Source: an uncultured cyanobacterium (GTDB taxonomy: Bacteria; Cyanobacteriota; Cyanobacteriia; Cyanobacteriales; Nostocaceae). From it: DNA of 64,000 nucleotides. The translations under genes and the position numbers were made by a program. Shown in pieces: positions 30,005-38,479 of the stretch. The stretch covers positions 4,128,001 to 4,192,000 of the forward strand of contig OY970166.1 of NCBI GenBank assembly GCA_963706595.1, given 5' to 3'. How positions within the stretch are numbered: position 1 is the first letter of the stretch; every line of letters starts with the position of its first letter. The notes beneath the pieces were generated by a model. The model searched no databases, had not been told where the DNA came from, and saw only the letters and a program-made list of their open reading frames with translations.

Positions 30005-33000
30005 CTACACTACAGTCACACCGAGCGCTCCTCCTAATGCGGAAAATACAGCAGAGACAAAAGCTGTAGCAAACAACCACCAAGAAGCTGTGGCTGCGGC
30101 TTTGCGGGTTTCTTCCGCTTGCCTTTGGGCTTGATGCTTGACCTCTTCTAGGCGGCGTTGCGTTTCCTGTTGTAGGCGTTCGGCACGTTGCAATACTTTG
30201 TTGCGTGCGCTTTCAATTTGGTCAATAACTCGGTTGGCATCTGCTTCAGAAATGTCCTCACGGGAACTGATAATCGCCACTAGGGTGTCGCGGTCGAAAG
30301 AAGAGAGGCGATCGCGTAACGCTTCAAATCCCGCCTGTGGATCGTCAAAGAACGTGCGAACATCCCGCTTGATGCCATCATAGTTGAGTTCGGGGCGATC
30401 TAAGGAGTTGAGATAGTTACGAATCCGGGCAAAAATCCCTTCTACCACATCTTGAATCCGCCGTTGCATCCCCCGGATTTGTTCCACAAATTGATCACGT
30501 ACCGAGACGATATTATCAGCAATTCTGGCGGCTTCTTCATCGGTCATATCTTCGCGAATTTTCAGCAAAGCAATCACTGTGTCACGGTCGAAATGTGCCA
30601 GGCGATCGCTCAAACTTTCCATTCCCACTCGCGGATCATGCAATAATAATTGTAAGTCCCGTTTAATCGCTTCTGGGTTAAGTTCTTCTTTCCCAGTTTG
30701 TCGCAAATACTCCGACAAATAAGCTTGGAATGTTTCCATCTCTTTGCTGTGTGCGAGTAGCTAAACGACGAGGCGCGCGGACAATATTCCGAATCGAAGT
30801 TTGCACAGAATCAATAACTTCATTGACTTGTTCTTCACTCAAATCTCGCCGTTGACTCAATAACTTCACTAAAGTATCTCTGTCTACCTGAGACAAGCGA
30901 CGGCGCAGCGCTACGGCTCCCTCTCGCGGTTGTTCAAATAATCTGGTAATATCCCGTTGAATGCCTTCAGGATTCAACTCTTGTTTGCCAGTATTTCGTA
31001 AATAATCGGCAATGGTCGCGGTTACAGAGTCGTACTGTTCCCTAGCTTTATGTGCCAAAGCTTGCGGTGTATGGCGGATATTATGCCAAGCATCTTCCAC
31101 CGCATCAATAATTTGATTAACTTGCTGTTCGCTCAAATCTTGACGTTGACTCAATAACTGAATCAAAGTATCGCGGTCAAAACGAGCTAATCGGGCGCGC
31201 ATAGCCGTCATTCCCGATTGGGGGTCTTCGATCAGCTTCTGAATATCAGCACGAATCGCATCAGGATTTAACTCGGCTTTACCAGTATTTCGCAGATATG
31301 ATTCTACATTCAACCATAAAGTTTCTGCTTGATATTTAGCTTGTTCTGCCAATCCTTGAGATTCTACCAACACGCGATCGCGTTGGTCTTCTAAGTCATT
31401 GAGAATTGGGTCTACTTCGTATGGTTGAAGATCATTGCGTTCTAGCAAGATTTCCTGCATTCCCTGGCGGTCAAATTGCGACAATCGCAGCGACAGAGTT
31501 TCGTAATCTGCTTCGGAATCTGCTAATAATGGTTTAAAGTTTTGCTCAATTCCTTCTGTAGTCAAATCTGCCTTATCAGTCACCAGGAGATAACTTTCTA
31601 CTCGCCTTTGCAAATCCTGTGCTATTTCTCTTTGTTCCGCAGCGCTGACTATGATTAATACCTCTTGGCGCACAGTTTCTAGCTGGTCGCTAATACCCTG
31701 GATTTGTTCTTGAGTTAATAGTCCCCGTTGTTGCAGGATATTAGCAAAATATTGGCGATCAAGTCGCTCTAATTCCCTTTTAACTATACCAGGGTCGGCG
31801 GCTGGGTCATAGATGACATCACGAAATTCTGCCGCGATTCTTCCTGGACTCAATTGCCAAGAGTATGTATTGAGTAGATAGTTTTCCACATCAGCCCGAA
31901 TCGGGCTATAGGGTTCTGATGGTGTCGGTAAACCTAGTTTATCAGCTTGTTCCATGGCTTGATCTTTTGCCGTAGTGAGCGATCGCCAGATTTTCTCCAC
32001 ATCCAGATCAGATAAATCTGATCGTCCCAACACAATCCCAGTCAGCGCCGTGATTCCCTGTTGTAAAGTCTGTTGCATCAAACCGGGTTTTTCTGCTGTT
32101 GTCTCGGAAGTACGAGTTTCTGCAATTAACCGATCCAGCTTGGCGTTGAGTTCATCTGTCTTCGTTTGTCCTGGGGGAAGTGACTTCAAATAGTTGACTA
32201 ACTCACCTAAATTGTCTTGGATGGGTTTTTGCTGACCTACTACCTGCTGCCAAACATTGTATAGTGTATCGGCAATCCGGTTAACATCTCGTTTAGAAAG
32301 GTCGGTGCGACTGCTAACTAAATCGATAAACCTTTGGCGGTCAATATTGCGGAGGTCTGGACTCCCCGCGATCGCTTGAAATTGTGGGTCTTTGAGTAAA
32401 CCTTCAAAATCCCGGCGAATGTGGGATAAATCTAATTCTGGGGGACGTAGCTGTTCGAGGTAATCTTCGATATTTTCCCGAATACTACCAGGATCAACAA
32501 CATGGCCTAATTCCCGACGCACAGCAGAGGCCGCAGCTTCCGCCGTTGCAACTACCTGCTGATTCACCGCTTTAGCACCTAATGCCGCCGTAGCAGTCCC
32601 CATAATCGCCTGAAAACCGGAAGTGGCGGAATTGACCACCGAACCAACCAAGGAACCCACAGTAGTCGAACTCACCCACACCAGGAGCAAAAAGTATGCA
32701 CCCCAAATGACTAATCCCAGAATTGCGCCCAGTCTGGGATCTAAAACCAGTAAACTTAATTTAACCGCGAGAAAGCAAGCAATTAATAAAGCGATCGTCA
32801 CAGTCACTAATGTCCACAAACCCAGTGCTGTGCCAATTTTGCGAATCGTACCCCCGAAACTTCCCACTTCCCCCACAACTCCATCCGAGTCAGATGGCCG
32901 CCCCAAGTAGGAAATACCAGCTGCGACGGAGAGGTTAGTTAATACTAATTGGAAAGCAAAAGCGAGGATTACACCGGAGATTAAAGCCACAAAAAAGCGC

Positions 33001-33119
33001 GGACCAGAATTGAGAACTGATGCTTGCGCCGGTGTAATCCCTGTGGGAACTACTGGAATCTGCGCCAACCATAATAGTGGCTTGTAGACTCCCACTATGT
33101 TTTCCGTACATTGAAACAT
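30005..33119 (-). pseudogene. Large membrane-anchored helical-repeat protein, split by a 1-bp frameshift near 30740 (about 1037 aa if joined)
   Basis: Both ORFs share YLRxTGKxELNP..I.RD / FDRDTL..L.S.R.D repeats; junction reads CAA AGA G ATG GAA. Confidence 0.75.
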
Positions 33120-33639
33120 TATATTTCCTTATTCTAAGTTTAAATTTGGGGAGGATGAGAAATTTCATGAGCAGCCAGTAAACATCTATTTATCTGGTGT
33201 ATCTATGGCAATACCCAACTATTGCCAACTTTCAGAATCGTGGAATTTAGCTGTTGAAAGCATCCCCCTAAAGTTTGAAAAGTATATCTAGCGCGAGACA
33301 GAAGTTATTGAGCTAACAAGGTAAATTTTGAGCTAAATAGTAGCTATGAAGAACTAAAAATCTAATTTATTCGCGACTGCAAGGTAATATTTGAAAATTG
33401 CTGCTCACAACAAGTTTATTTGCTTAAATGCTAAAAACATTCTCCTTGCTCAAGTGTTAATTTACATTTATTTATAATTAGAATTTTCATCACCTCCTCA
33501 AGGTGGATTTACCCATACTTATAAATTTCTGATAATCGTCCCCAAGAGGTGTGTGTAGTTTGTACCTACAGATGGAAAGCAACTTACTGATTAAAAGGTA
33601 AATTTAAGTTAAGCAAATAAATGATTCAGGATAAAAAAC

Positions 33640-33852
33640 ATGGAAACTCGAGAAACTCGCCCTGCCACTGATTTACCACCAGTGGCTCTGGAATACAATG
33701 GTAGAGACCGCAATGCATTTATATTTGGCTTTAATCCTCAAGCCGAACTGTGGAATGGCCGCTTCGCAATGATTGGCTTTTTGGCTTACTTACTGTGGGA
33801 TTTAGCTGGATATAGCGTTCTGCGGGACGTGCTACATCTCATTGGTTATTAA
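33640..33852 (+). CDS. hli: High-light-inducible protein (CAB/ELIP/HLIP)
   Basis: AELWNGRFAMIGF motif. Confidence 0.93.
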   Translation: METRETRPATDLPPVALEYNGRDRNAFIFGFNPQAELWNGRFAMIGFLAYLLWDLAGYSVLRDVLHLIGY

Positions 33853-33893
33853 CGATTAAACATTCAATAATTAGTTTGATTTTGGAGTAAAAA

Positions 33894-34106
33894 ATGGAAA
33901 CTAGAGAAACTCGTCCTTCCAGTGATTTACCACCAGTTGCTAAAGCTTATAACGGTGTAGACCGTAACTCATTTCTGTTTGGTTTTAATCCTCAAGCCGA
34001 ACTGTGGAATGGTCGGCTAGCAATGATTGGCTTTTTGGCTTACTTACTGTGGGATTTAGCTGGATATAGTGTCTTACGGGACATACTCCACTTCATTAAA
34101 TATTAG
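33894..34106 (+). CDS. hli: High-light-inducible protein, tandem paralog
   Basis: AELWNGRLAMIGF motif; GGAG RBS. Confidence 0.93.
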   Translation: METRETRPSSDLPPVAKAYNGVDRNSFLFGFNPQAELWNGRLAMIGFLAYLLWDLAGYSVLRDILHFIKY

Positions 34107-34171
34107 TCATCAACATGGCATGAGGAGTTAAAATCTGACACTAATTAACTCCTCAATAATACAGATGTGAC

Positions 34172-34202
34172 AAGGCGGAACCGAAACTGGCGACCGCCTT
34201 TT
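34172..34202 (+). terminator. Probable intrinsic terminator after hli pair
   Basis: AAGGCGG...CCGCCTTTT hairpin. Confidence 0.5.
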
Positions 34203-34220
34203 GAATAGCTCTCTTTTTTT

Positions 34221-34331
34221 GGCGTTGCTGATTTGAAGTATGAACACCATTTTTGATGATCTCAAAACCCCTGTAGAGACGTTCCATGGAACGTCTCTAC
34301 ATTTAAATTAATACTTGGTTTCAGCAACGCC
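34221..34331. mobile_element. MITE-like element, copy 1
   Basis: TIR GGCGTTGCTGA/TCAGCAACGCC; internal GTAGAGACG...CGTCTCTAC hairpin; second copy at 38306. Confidence 0.75.
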
Positions 34332-34345
34332 ATTTTTTGAGATGA

Positions 34346-34560
34346 TCAAAGAAGAAAACGCACCATTACATACAATGCTAAAGCCACCAGTTGCACAAGC
34401 ATGACTGGAATTCCATAACGGAGAAAAGTTTTAAAGGAAATGCGTCGTCCGTGTTGTTCAGCAATACCTGCGGCTACGATGTTAGAAGATGCTCCCACTA
34501 AAGTGCCATTTCCTCCCAAAGTCGCACCAAACATCATGGCATAAAACAGTGGTAGCACTA
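34346..34560 (-). pseudogene. C-terminal remnant of ArsB/NhaD (IT superfamily) transporter
   Basis: [18 protein letters not shown]...ISF..FLRYG motif; only the last ~70 aa remain. Confidence 0.85.
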
Positions 34561-34562
34561 AA

Positions 34563-34684
34563 TAGTGCATTAAACGTAGGTTGGGTTAAGCGCAGCGCAA
34601 CCCAACGCTGCCAATGATGTTGGGTTTCCTTACGTCAACCCAACCTACAATTTTTTGCAACATTTTAAGCTTGCCACGCCACTA
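34563..34684. repeat. REP-doublet-containing MITE-like element at the transporter deletion point
   Basis: GTAGGTTGGGTT doublet 34576..34648 plus TTGCAACATTTTAAGCTTGCCACGCCACTA end shared with 45876 and 58069 copies. Confidence 0.75.
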
Positions 34685-34746
34685 CATTGAGGTGACTTTT
34701 TGGCAATTTTAATGGGATGAAAAATTACTAGCATCCAGCCCAGTCT

Positions 34747-35397
34747 TTATTCATCAATACAATTGGGTATACCCAAAACGGCACAGGGAAAATTAGAACC
34801 TAGTATTTGGATTAGGGGATGATTAACAGATTTACATCCCAAAAATAAGATATTAGCAGTTTCCAATTCCACAACTTTTTTAAGTTCTGTAGCAACGCAA
34901 CCAAACCGCAGATGAGATTTAAAATCACCCTGCCATTCTTCAGCTAGGCTTCGTGCTTGCCAAAGAATTCTGTCCGCTTCTTGGACAGGAGTAATGGTTT
35001 TTTCTGCTAAAAATTGGGTGATTCCTCTTAATTTGGATTGAGTTAAGACCGGGATATCTGACTTTGATACTGCACTTACTGAACACTCTAAAGTCGGCAG
35101 AGTTTTTGTACAACTCAACACATCTGTAACCTGATTATAATCATGATTTTCTACCACATAAACGGCTTGCACGTTCACTGGTGCATTTGTAGCTAAACGC
35201 GTTTGGTGGGCAATGCAGAAGGCTAAATCGAGTGCAGTATGACTATTAGGCGAAGCATCATAAGCAACGATTAAGTTAACAGCTTGAACTTCTGGAGAAA
35301 AAGGTTTTTTTGGCTCTGGTAATAATACCATTTGCTCAATTAAGTCATCTCGACCGATGGCGCTTTGCAAACGCACTAACATGGGCTTTATTTTCAC
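34747..35397 (-). CDS. Universal stress protein (USP) domain protein
   Basis: LIVAYDASPNS..ALDLA, VQAVYV, LRFG, ILFLG, CAVLGI. Confidence 0.75.
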   Translation of the reverse strand: MKIKPMLVRLQSAIGRDDLIEQMVLLPEPKKPFSPEVQAVNLIVAYDASPNSHTALDLAFCIAHQTRLATNAPVNVQAVYVVENHDYNQVTDVLSCTKTLPTLECSVSAVSKSDIPVLTQSKLRGITQFLAEKTITPVQEADRILWQARSLAEEWQGDFKSHLRFGCVATELKKVVELETANILFLGCKSVNHPLIQILGSNFPCAVLGIPNCIDE

Positions 35398-35539
35398 AAT
35401 TTGAACTTCTCCCCAAAGAAACGCATGGTGAATGAGAAGTAGGTTAAAAACGGATAACCCCTATCCCAGAGGATAAACAAGTCATATCCGCAAAGAAACC
35501 CCAATAACAACTGGTGTTAAAGCCAAAGTTTTGGGAGTT

Positions 35540-35619
35540 CCTTCCATTGCCGACGGAGTTAGCTGACGGGCTAAGACTGGAAGGTGTCTCTCGTTAAGAT
35601 TAGCCCCAAACATTGGTTC
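35540..35619 (-). ncRNA. c-di-AMP (ydaO/yuaA-type) riboswitch, 3' part
   Basis: Minus strand GAACCAATGTTTGGGGCTAATC...CCTTCCAGTCTTAGCCCGTCAGCTAACTCCGTCGGCAATGGAAGG fits the family hallmarks (GGAACC, TGGGG, CCCGTCAGCTAAC); upstream of USP/transporter genes. Confidence 0.88.
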
Positions 35620-35621
35620 CT

Positions 35622-36887
35622 GCTATATAACACCTAGACAAGTCTAGACATTATTTAACGTTTCACAGGGTAGCGTCGGCGCAATTAACCCTCCACGTTC
35701 AGACACGGGTAAGCCCTCCGTGTTTCTTGCGTAATTATTTAAGTTGATCGCCGCATTTAAATCACGATCTAAGCTATGTCCACAATTCGCACAGTTAAAT
35801 GTCCTTTCTTTTAAAGGCATTTCTTGTTTGTGTCCACAATTAGAGCAAGTTTTGCTGGATGGATACCAACGGTCAACAACTACTAACTTAGATCCAAACT
35901 TAGTGCATTTATATTCTAACTGTCTTCTAAACTCATAAAAACTAGCATCGGAAATAGCACCAGCTAATTTGTGATTAGACAACATACCCTGAACATTTAA
36001 ATTTTCAATAGCTACAACTGCGTGGTTTTTGCAAATATGTGTTGTAGCTTTGTGGGTATTATCTAACCTAATGTCAGATACACGTTTGTGAGTTTTTGCA
36101 ATTAAGTTTTTCTGCTTTCTATACCTGTGAGATGCTTTCTCTTTGCGTTGTAGTTTTCTTTGCCGTCTTGCTAGTAACTTTTTAGCTTTTCTGTAAGCCT
36201 TTGGGTTTTCAATTACAACGCCAGTAGACAGCGTAGCTAAGGCTTTGATTCCCAAGTCAACACCTACAGATGGGTAGGATTTGACATTTGACTCTGTAAC
36301 TACATCATAAGTGAAAGCTATGTACCAATCACCAGCACCCTTACTAATAGTTATTGATTTGCAAGTAGTATGTGGCAGAAATTCATAAGTTTTTACCCAG
36401 CCAATCGTAGGTAATTTTATTGATTTACCGCCTACATGAATAGGTTTGCCACTGGCATCTATAGTAAAACTATCGTTGACATCTTTTTTCTTGAATCTTG
36501 GGTAATCACCTCTTTTCTCAAAAAAGTTTTTAAATGCTTTGCCAAGATTGTCAAAAGCATATTGAGTAATTTTTTGACAAATACCTTTTTCTTTAATCCA
36601 GGATAGTGCTGTCTTTACCTGGTTATTAAAGAACTTTTTCAAAATGAAGTGATTGGGTTTAAACCCATCTTGATACAATGCTGTCCAGGTAGCTAAACCC
36701 CAATTGTAGGTAAACCTGGATATACCCGCGTGTTTACTCATTGATTGCTTTTGGGCATCCGTAAGATTGAGTTTAGTTTTCCTGGATAGCAGCATTGTTC
36801 GACCTCAATTACTGATATATTCGGATTTTACACTTTTGTACATAGATGTAGATTAATGTCTAGTTTATTGAGGTCTAGTAGTAAGCT
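35622..36887 (-). mobile_element. Non-autonomous IS607-like element carrying only tnpB
   Basis: Boundaries defined by riboswitch reconstruction; AG dinucleotide at both junctions; CTAGAC motifs near both ends; no TIRs and no tnpA. Confidence 0.8.
35644..36795 (-). CDS. tnpB: RNA-guided endonuclease TnpB
   Basis: RuvC-I VGVDLG, RuvC-II AIENL, RuvC-III DRDLNAAIN, zinc finger CSNCG/CANCG; GAGG RBS. Confidence 0.95.
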   Translation of the reverse strand: MLLSRKTKLNLTDAQKQSMSKHAGISRFTYNWGLATWTALYQDGFKPNHFILKKFFNNQVKTALSWIKEKGICQKITQYAFDNLGKAFKNFFEKRGDYPRFKKKDVNDSFTIDASGKPIHVGGKSIKLPTIGWVKTYEFLPHTTCKSITISKGAGDWYIAFTYDVVTESNVKSYPSVGVDLGIKALATLSTGVVIENPKAYRKAKKLLARRQRKLQRKEKASHRYRKQKNLIAKTHKRVSDIRLDNTHKATTHICKNHAVVAIENLNVQGMLSNHKLAGAISDASFYEFRRQLEYKCTKFGSKLVVVDRWYPSSKTCSNCGHKQEMPLKERTFNCANCGHSLDRDLNAAINLNNYARNTEGLPVSERGGLIAPTLPCETLNNV

Positions 36888-36925
36888 CCGTTCCAAATCC
36901 AGTTTTGATGAATTTGAATTAGGCT
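36886..36925 (-). ncRNA. c-di-AMP riboswitch, displaced 5' part
   Basis: Minus strand ...AATTCATCAAAACTGGATTTGGAACGGAG; ACGGAG is complementary to CTCCGT at 35553..35558. Confidence 0.75.
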
Positions 36926-37040
36926 ACCCACTAAATAAATAATAGTCTAATTTAACACTAATTTCGTTGATTTGTACTAGACTCGCTAAAATCATTGTAT
37001 ATGTAAGTTTACTCATCTACTCCAGACGCACTTTAAAATA

Positions 37041-38228
37041 ATGGATTTTAGTCTTTTCCTGGCTGAAAATACTGAGATTATTCTCAAAAAATGGGTTGCC
37101 GCAGTTCTTAAAGATAGAAAAATTGAAAGTGCTGAAGACTTACCTTATACAGCAATCCAAAATGACCTTCCAGATGTGTTAGAAGCAATGGTAACAGTGC
37201 TTTCTAAGTCTCAGGGTAGTGATATTCAGTCTATAGTTACGGCTAGTTGGCATCATGGAATACTTCGGGCTAAACAAGGTTTTGATCCAGCCGAAATTAC
37301 TCATGAATACCATTTACTAAGAATGGTAATCTTTGATACTCTTGAAGCTGAGTTATTGAAGGGAAGTCCTTCAGAAATTATCCGTTCTATGCGTTTAATT
37401 GATGCTGTGATCGACGAAGCGATCGCTCAGTGTGTTAATAGTTATATTGAAGAACGCTTACAGGAATTTAAGCAGTTGTATTCGTCATTAGTGCTGCATA
37501 ATCAGCAACTCAATCGCTTAGTGATCGCCAATCAAGATCATATTTCTCAACTCGCCCATGATCTCAAACATCCTTTAAGTTCAATTATTGGGTACTCAGA
37601 TTTATTTTTACGCCAACAACGAAAAAAGCCAGAACTAAAAGACAACTACGCCAATATTGAACATATTGAGCGCGTGCTACGCAATGGGAGACAATTACTC
37701 CGTTTAATTAACGATGTCCTCGAAATTTCGCGGTTTGATGCCGGACAAACAAAACTTCATCCAGCATTGATTAATGTCCGTGAGTTAATCGACAATGTGT
37801 GTGAGATGTTGCAGCCTTTAGCTGACGAAAAAAAATTACCAATGGTGGTCGATTACGATAGTATCCCTCAACAAGTAGTCACAGATGAATTTCAATTACA
37901 ACAGATTATAATCAATCTGGTGAGTAATGCGATTCGATATACAGAGTCTGGGACTATTAGCATCCAATGCCACTTACTGGATAATAATCAGTGGTCGATT
38001 GCAGTTTCCGATACAGGAATTGGCATTACGCCAGAAAACCAAATTCAAATCTTTCAACCCTACTTTCGCGCTAATTCGGGTAATCGGTCTTATCTTCCTG
38101 ATAGTACTGGGTTAGGATTAGCAATAGTATCGCGTTTGGTAAAATTATTACAAGGTAAAATTGATGTAGTTTCCGAAGTAGAAGTAGGTTCTACTTTTAC
38201 AGTAACTATGCCTTTAGAATTGGAATAG
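37041..38228 (+). CDS. Histidine kinase with RsbRD-N-like N-terminal domain
   Basis: HG..R..QGFD..EI..EY; LAHDLKHPL, NLVSNAIRY, DTGIG, GLGLAIV. Confidence 0.92.
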   Translation: MDFSLFLAENTEIILKKWVAAVLKDRKIESAEDLPYTAIQNDLPDVLEAMVTVLSKSQGSDIQSIVTASWHHGILRAKQGFDPAEITHEYHLLRMVIFDTLEAELLKGSPSEIIRSMRLIDAVIDEAIAQCVNSYIEERLQEFKQLYSSLVLHNQQLNRLVIANQDHISQLAHDLKHPLSSIIGYSDLFLRQQRKKPELKDNYANIEHIERVLRNGRQLLRLINDVLEISRFDAGQTKLHPALINVRELIDNVCEMLQPLADEKKLPMVVDYDSIPQQVVTDEFQLQQIIINLVSNAIRYTESGTISIQCHLLDNNQWSIAVSDTGIGITPENQIQIFQPYFRANSGNRSYLPDSTGLGLAIVSRLVKLLQGKIDVVSEVEVGSTFTVTMPLELE

Positions 38229-38305
38229 TTGAACTTTTGAAAATATTCTTTATTTTTGGTGGCTAGTCTTTTTATGAAAAATCTAGAAAGACTAGACAAA
38301 ATTCA

Positions 38306-38424
38306 GACGTTGCTGATTTGAAGTATCAACATATCAACACGATTTGTGATCATGTCAAAACCCCTGTAGAGACATTCCATGTAACGTCTCTAAATTTAAA
38401 TTCATACTTGGTTTCAGCAACACC
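38306..38424. mobile_element. MITE-like element, copy 2 of the 34221 family
   Basis: GACGTTGCTGA...TCAGCAACACC ends; flanked by AAAATTC(A/G) possible target duplication. Confidence 0.75.
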
Positions 38425-38479
38425 AAAATTCGGATTGTTATATATTTGTGGGGAATATTTATAATTTTATAACTGCGTA

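Noticed and set aside
35622..35624. Alternative 3-bp AGC junction for the tnpB element
   Set aside because: It would give GGAACGGAGCAGGAACC, 3 nt longer than the riboswitch core I recall. The AG core fits better, but only an empty allele can settle it.
35644..36795. Nuclease-dead TnpB-derived regulator (TldR-like)
   Set aside because: All three RuvC catalytic residues (D, E, D) are present and element ends are retained.
35622..36887. IStron (group I intron that would splice out and restore the riboswitch RNA)
   Set aside because: Only about 90 bp lie upstream of tnpB and about 22 bp downstream, too little for a group I ribozyme core.
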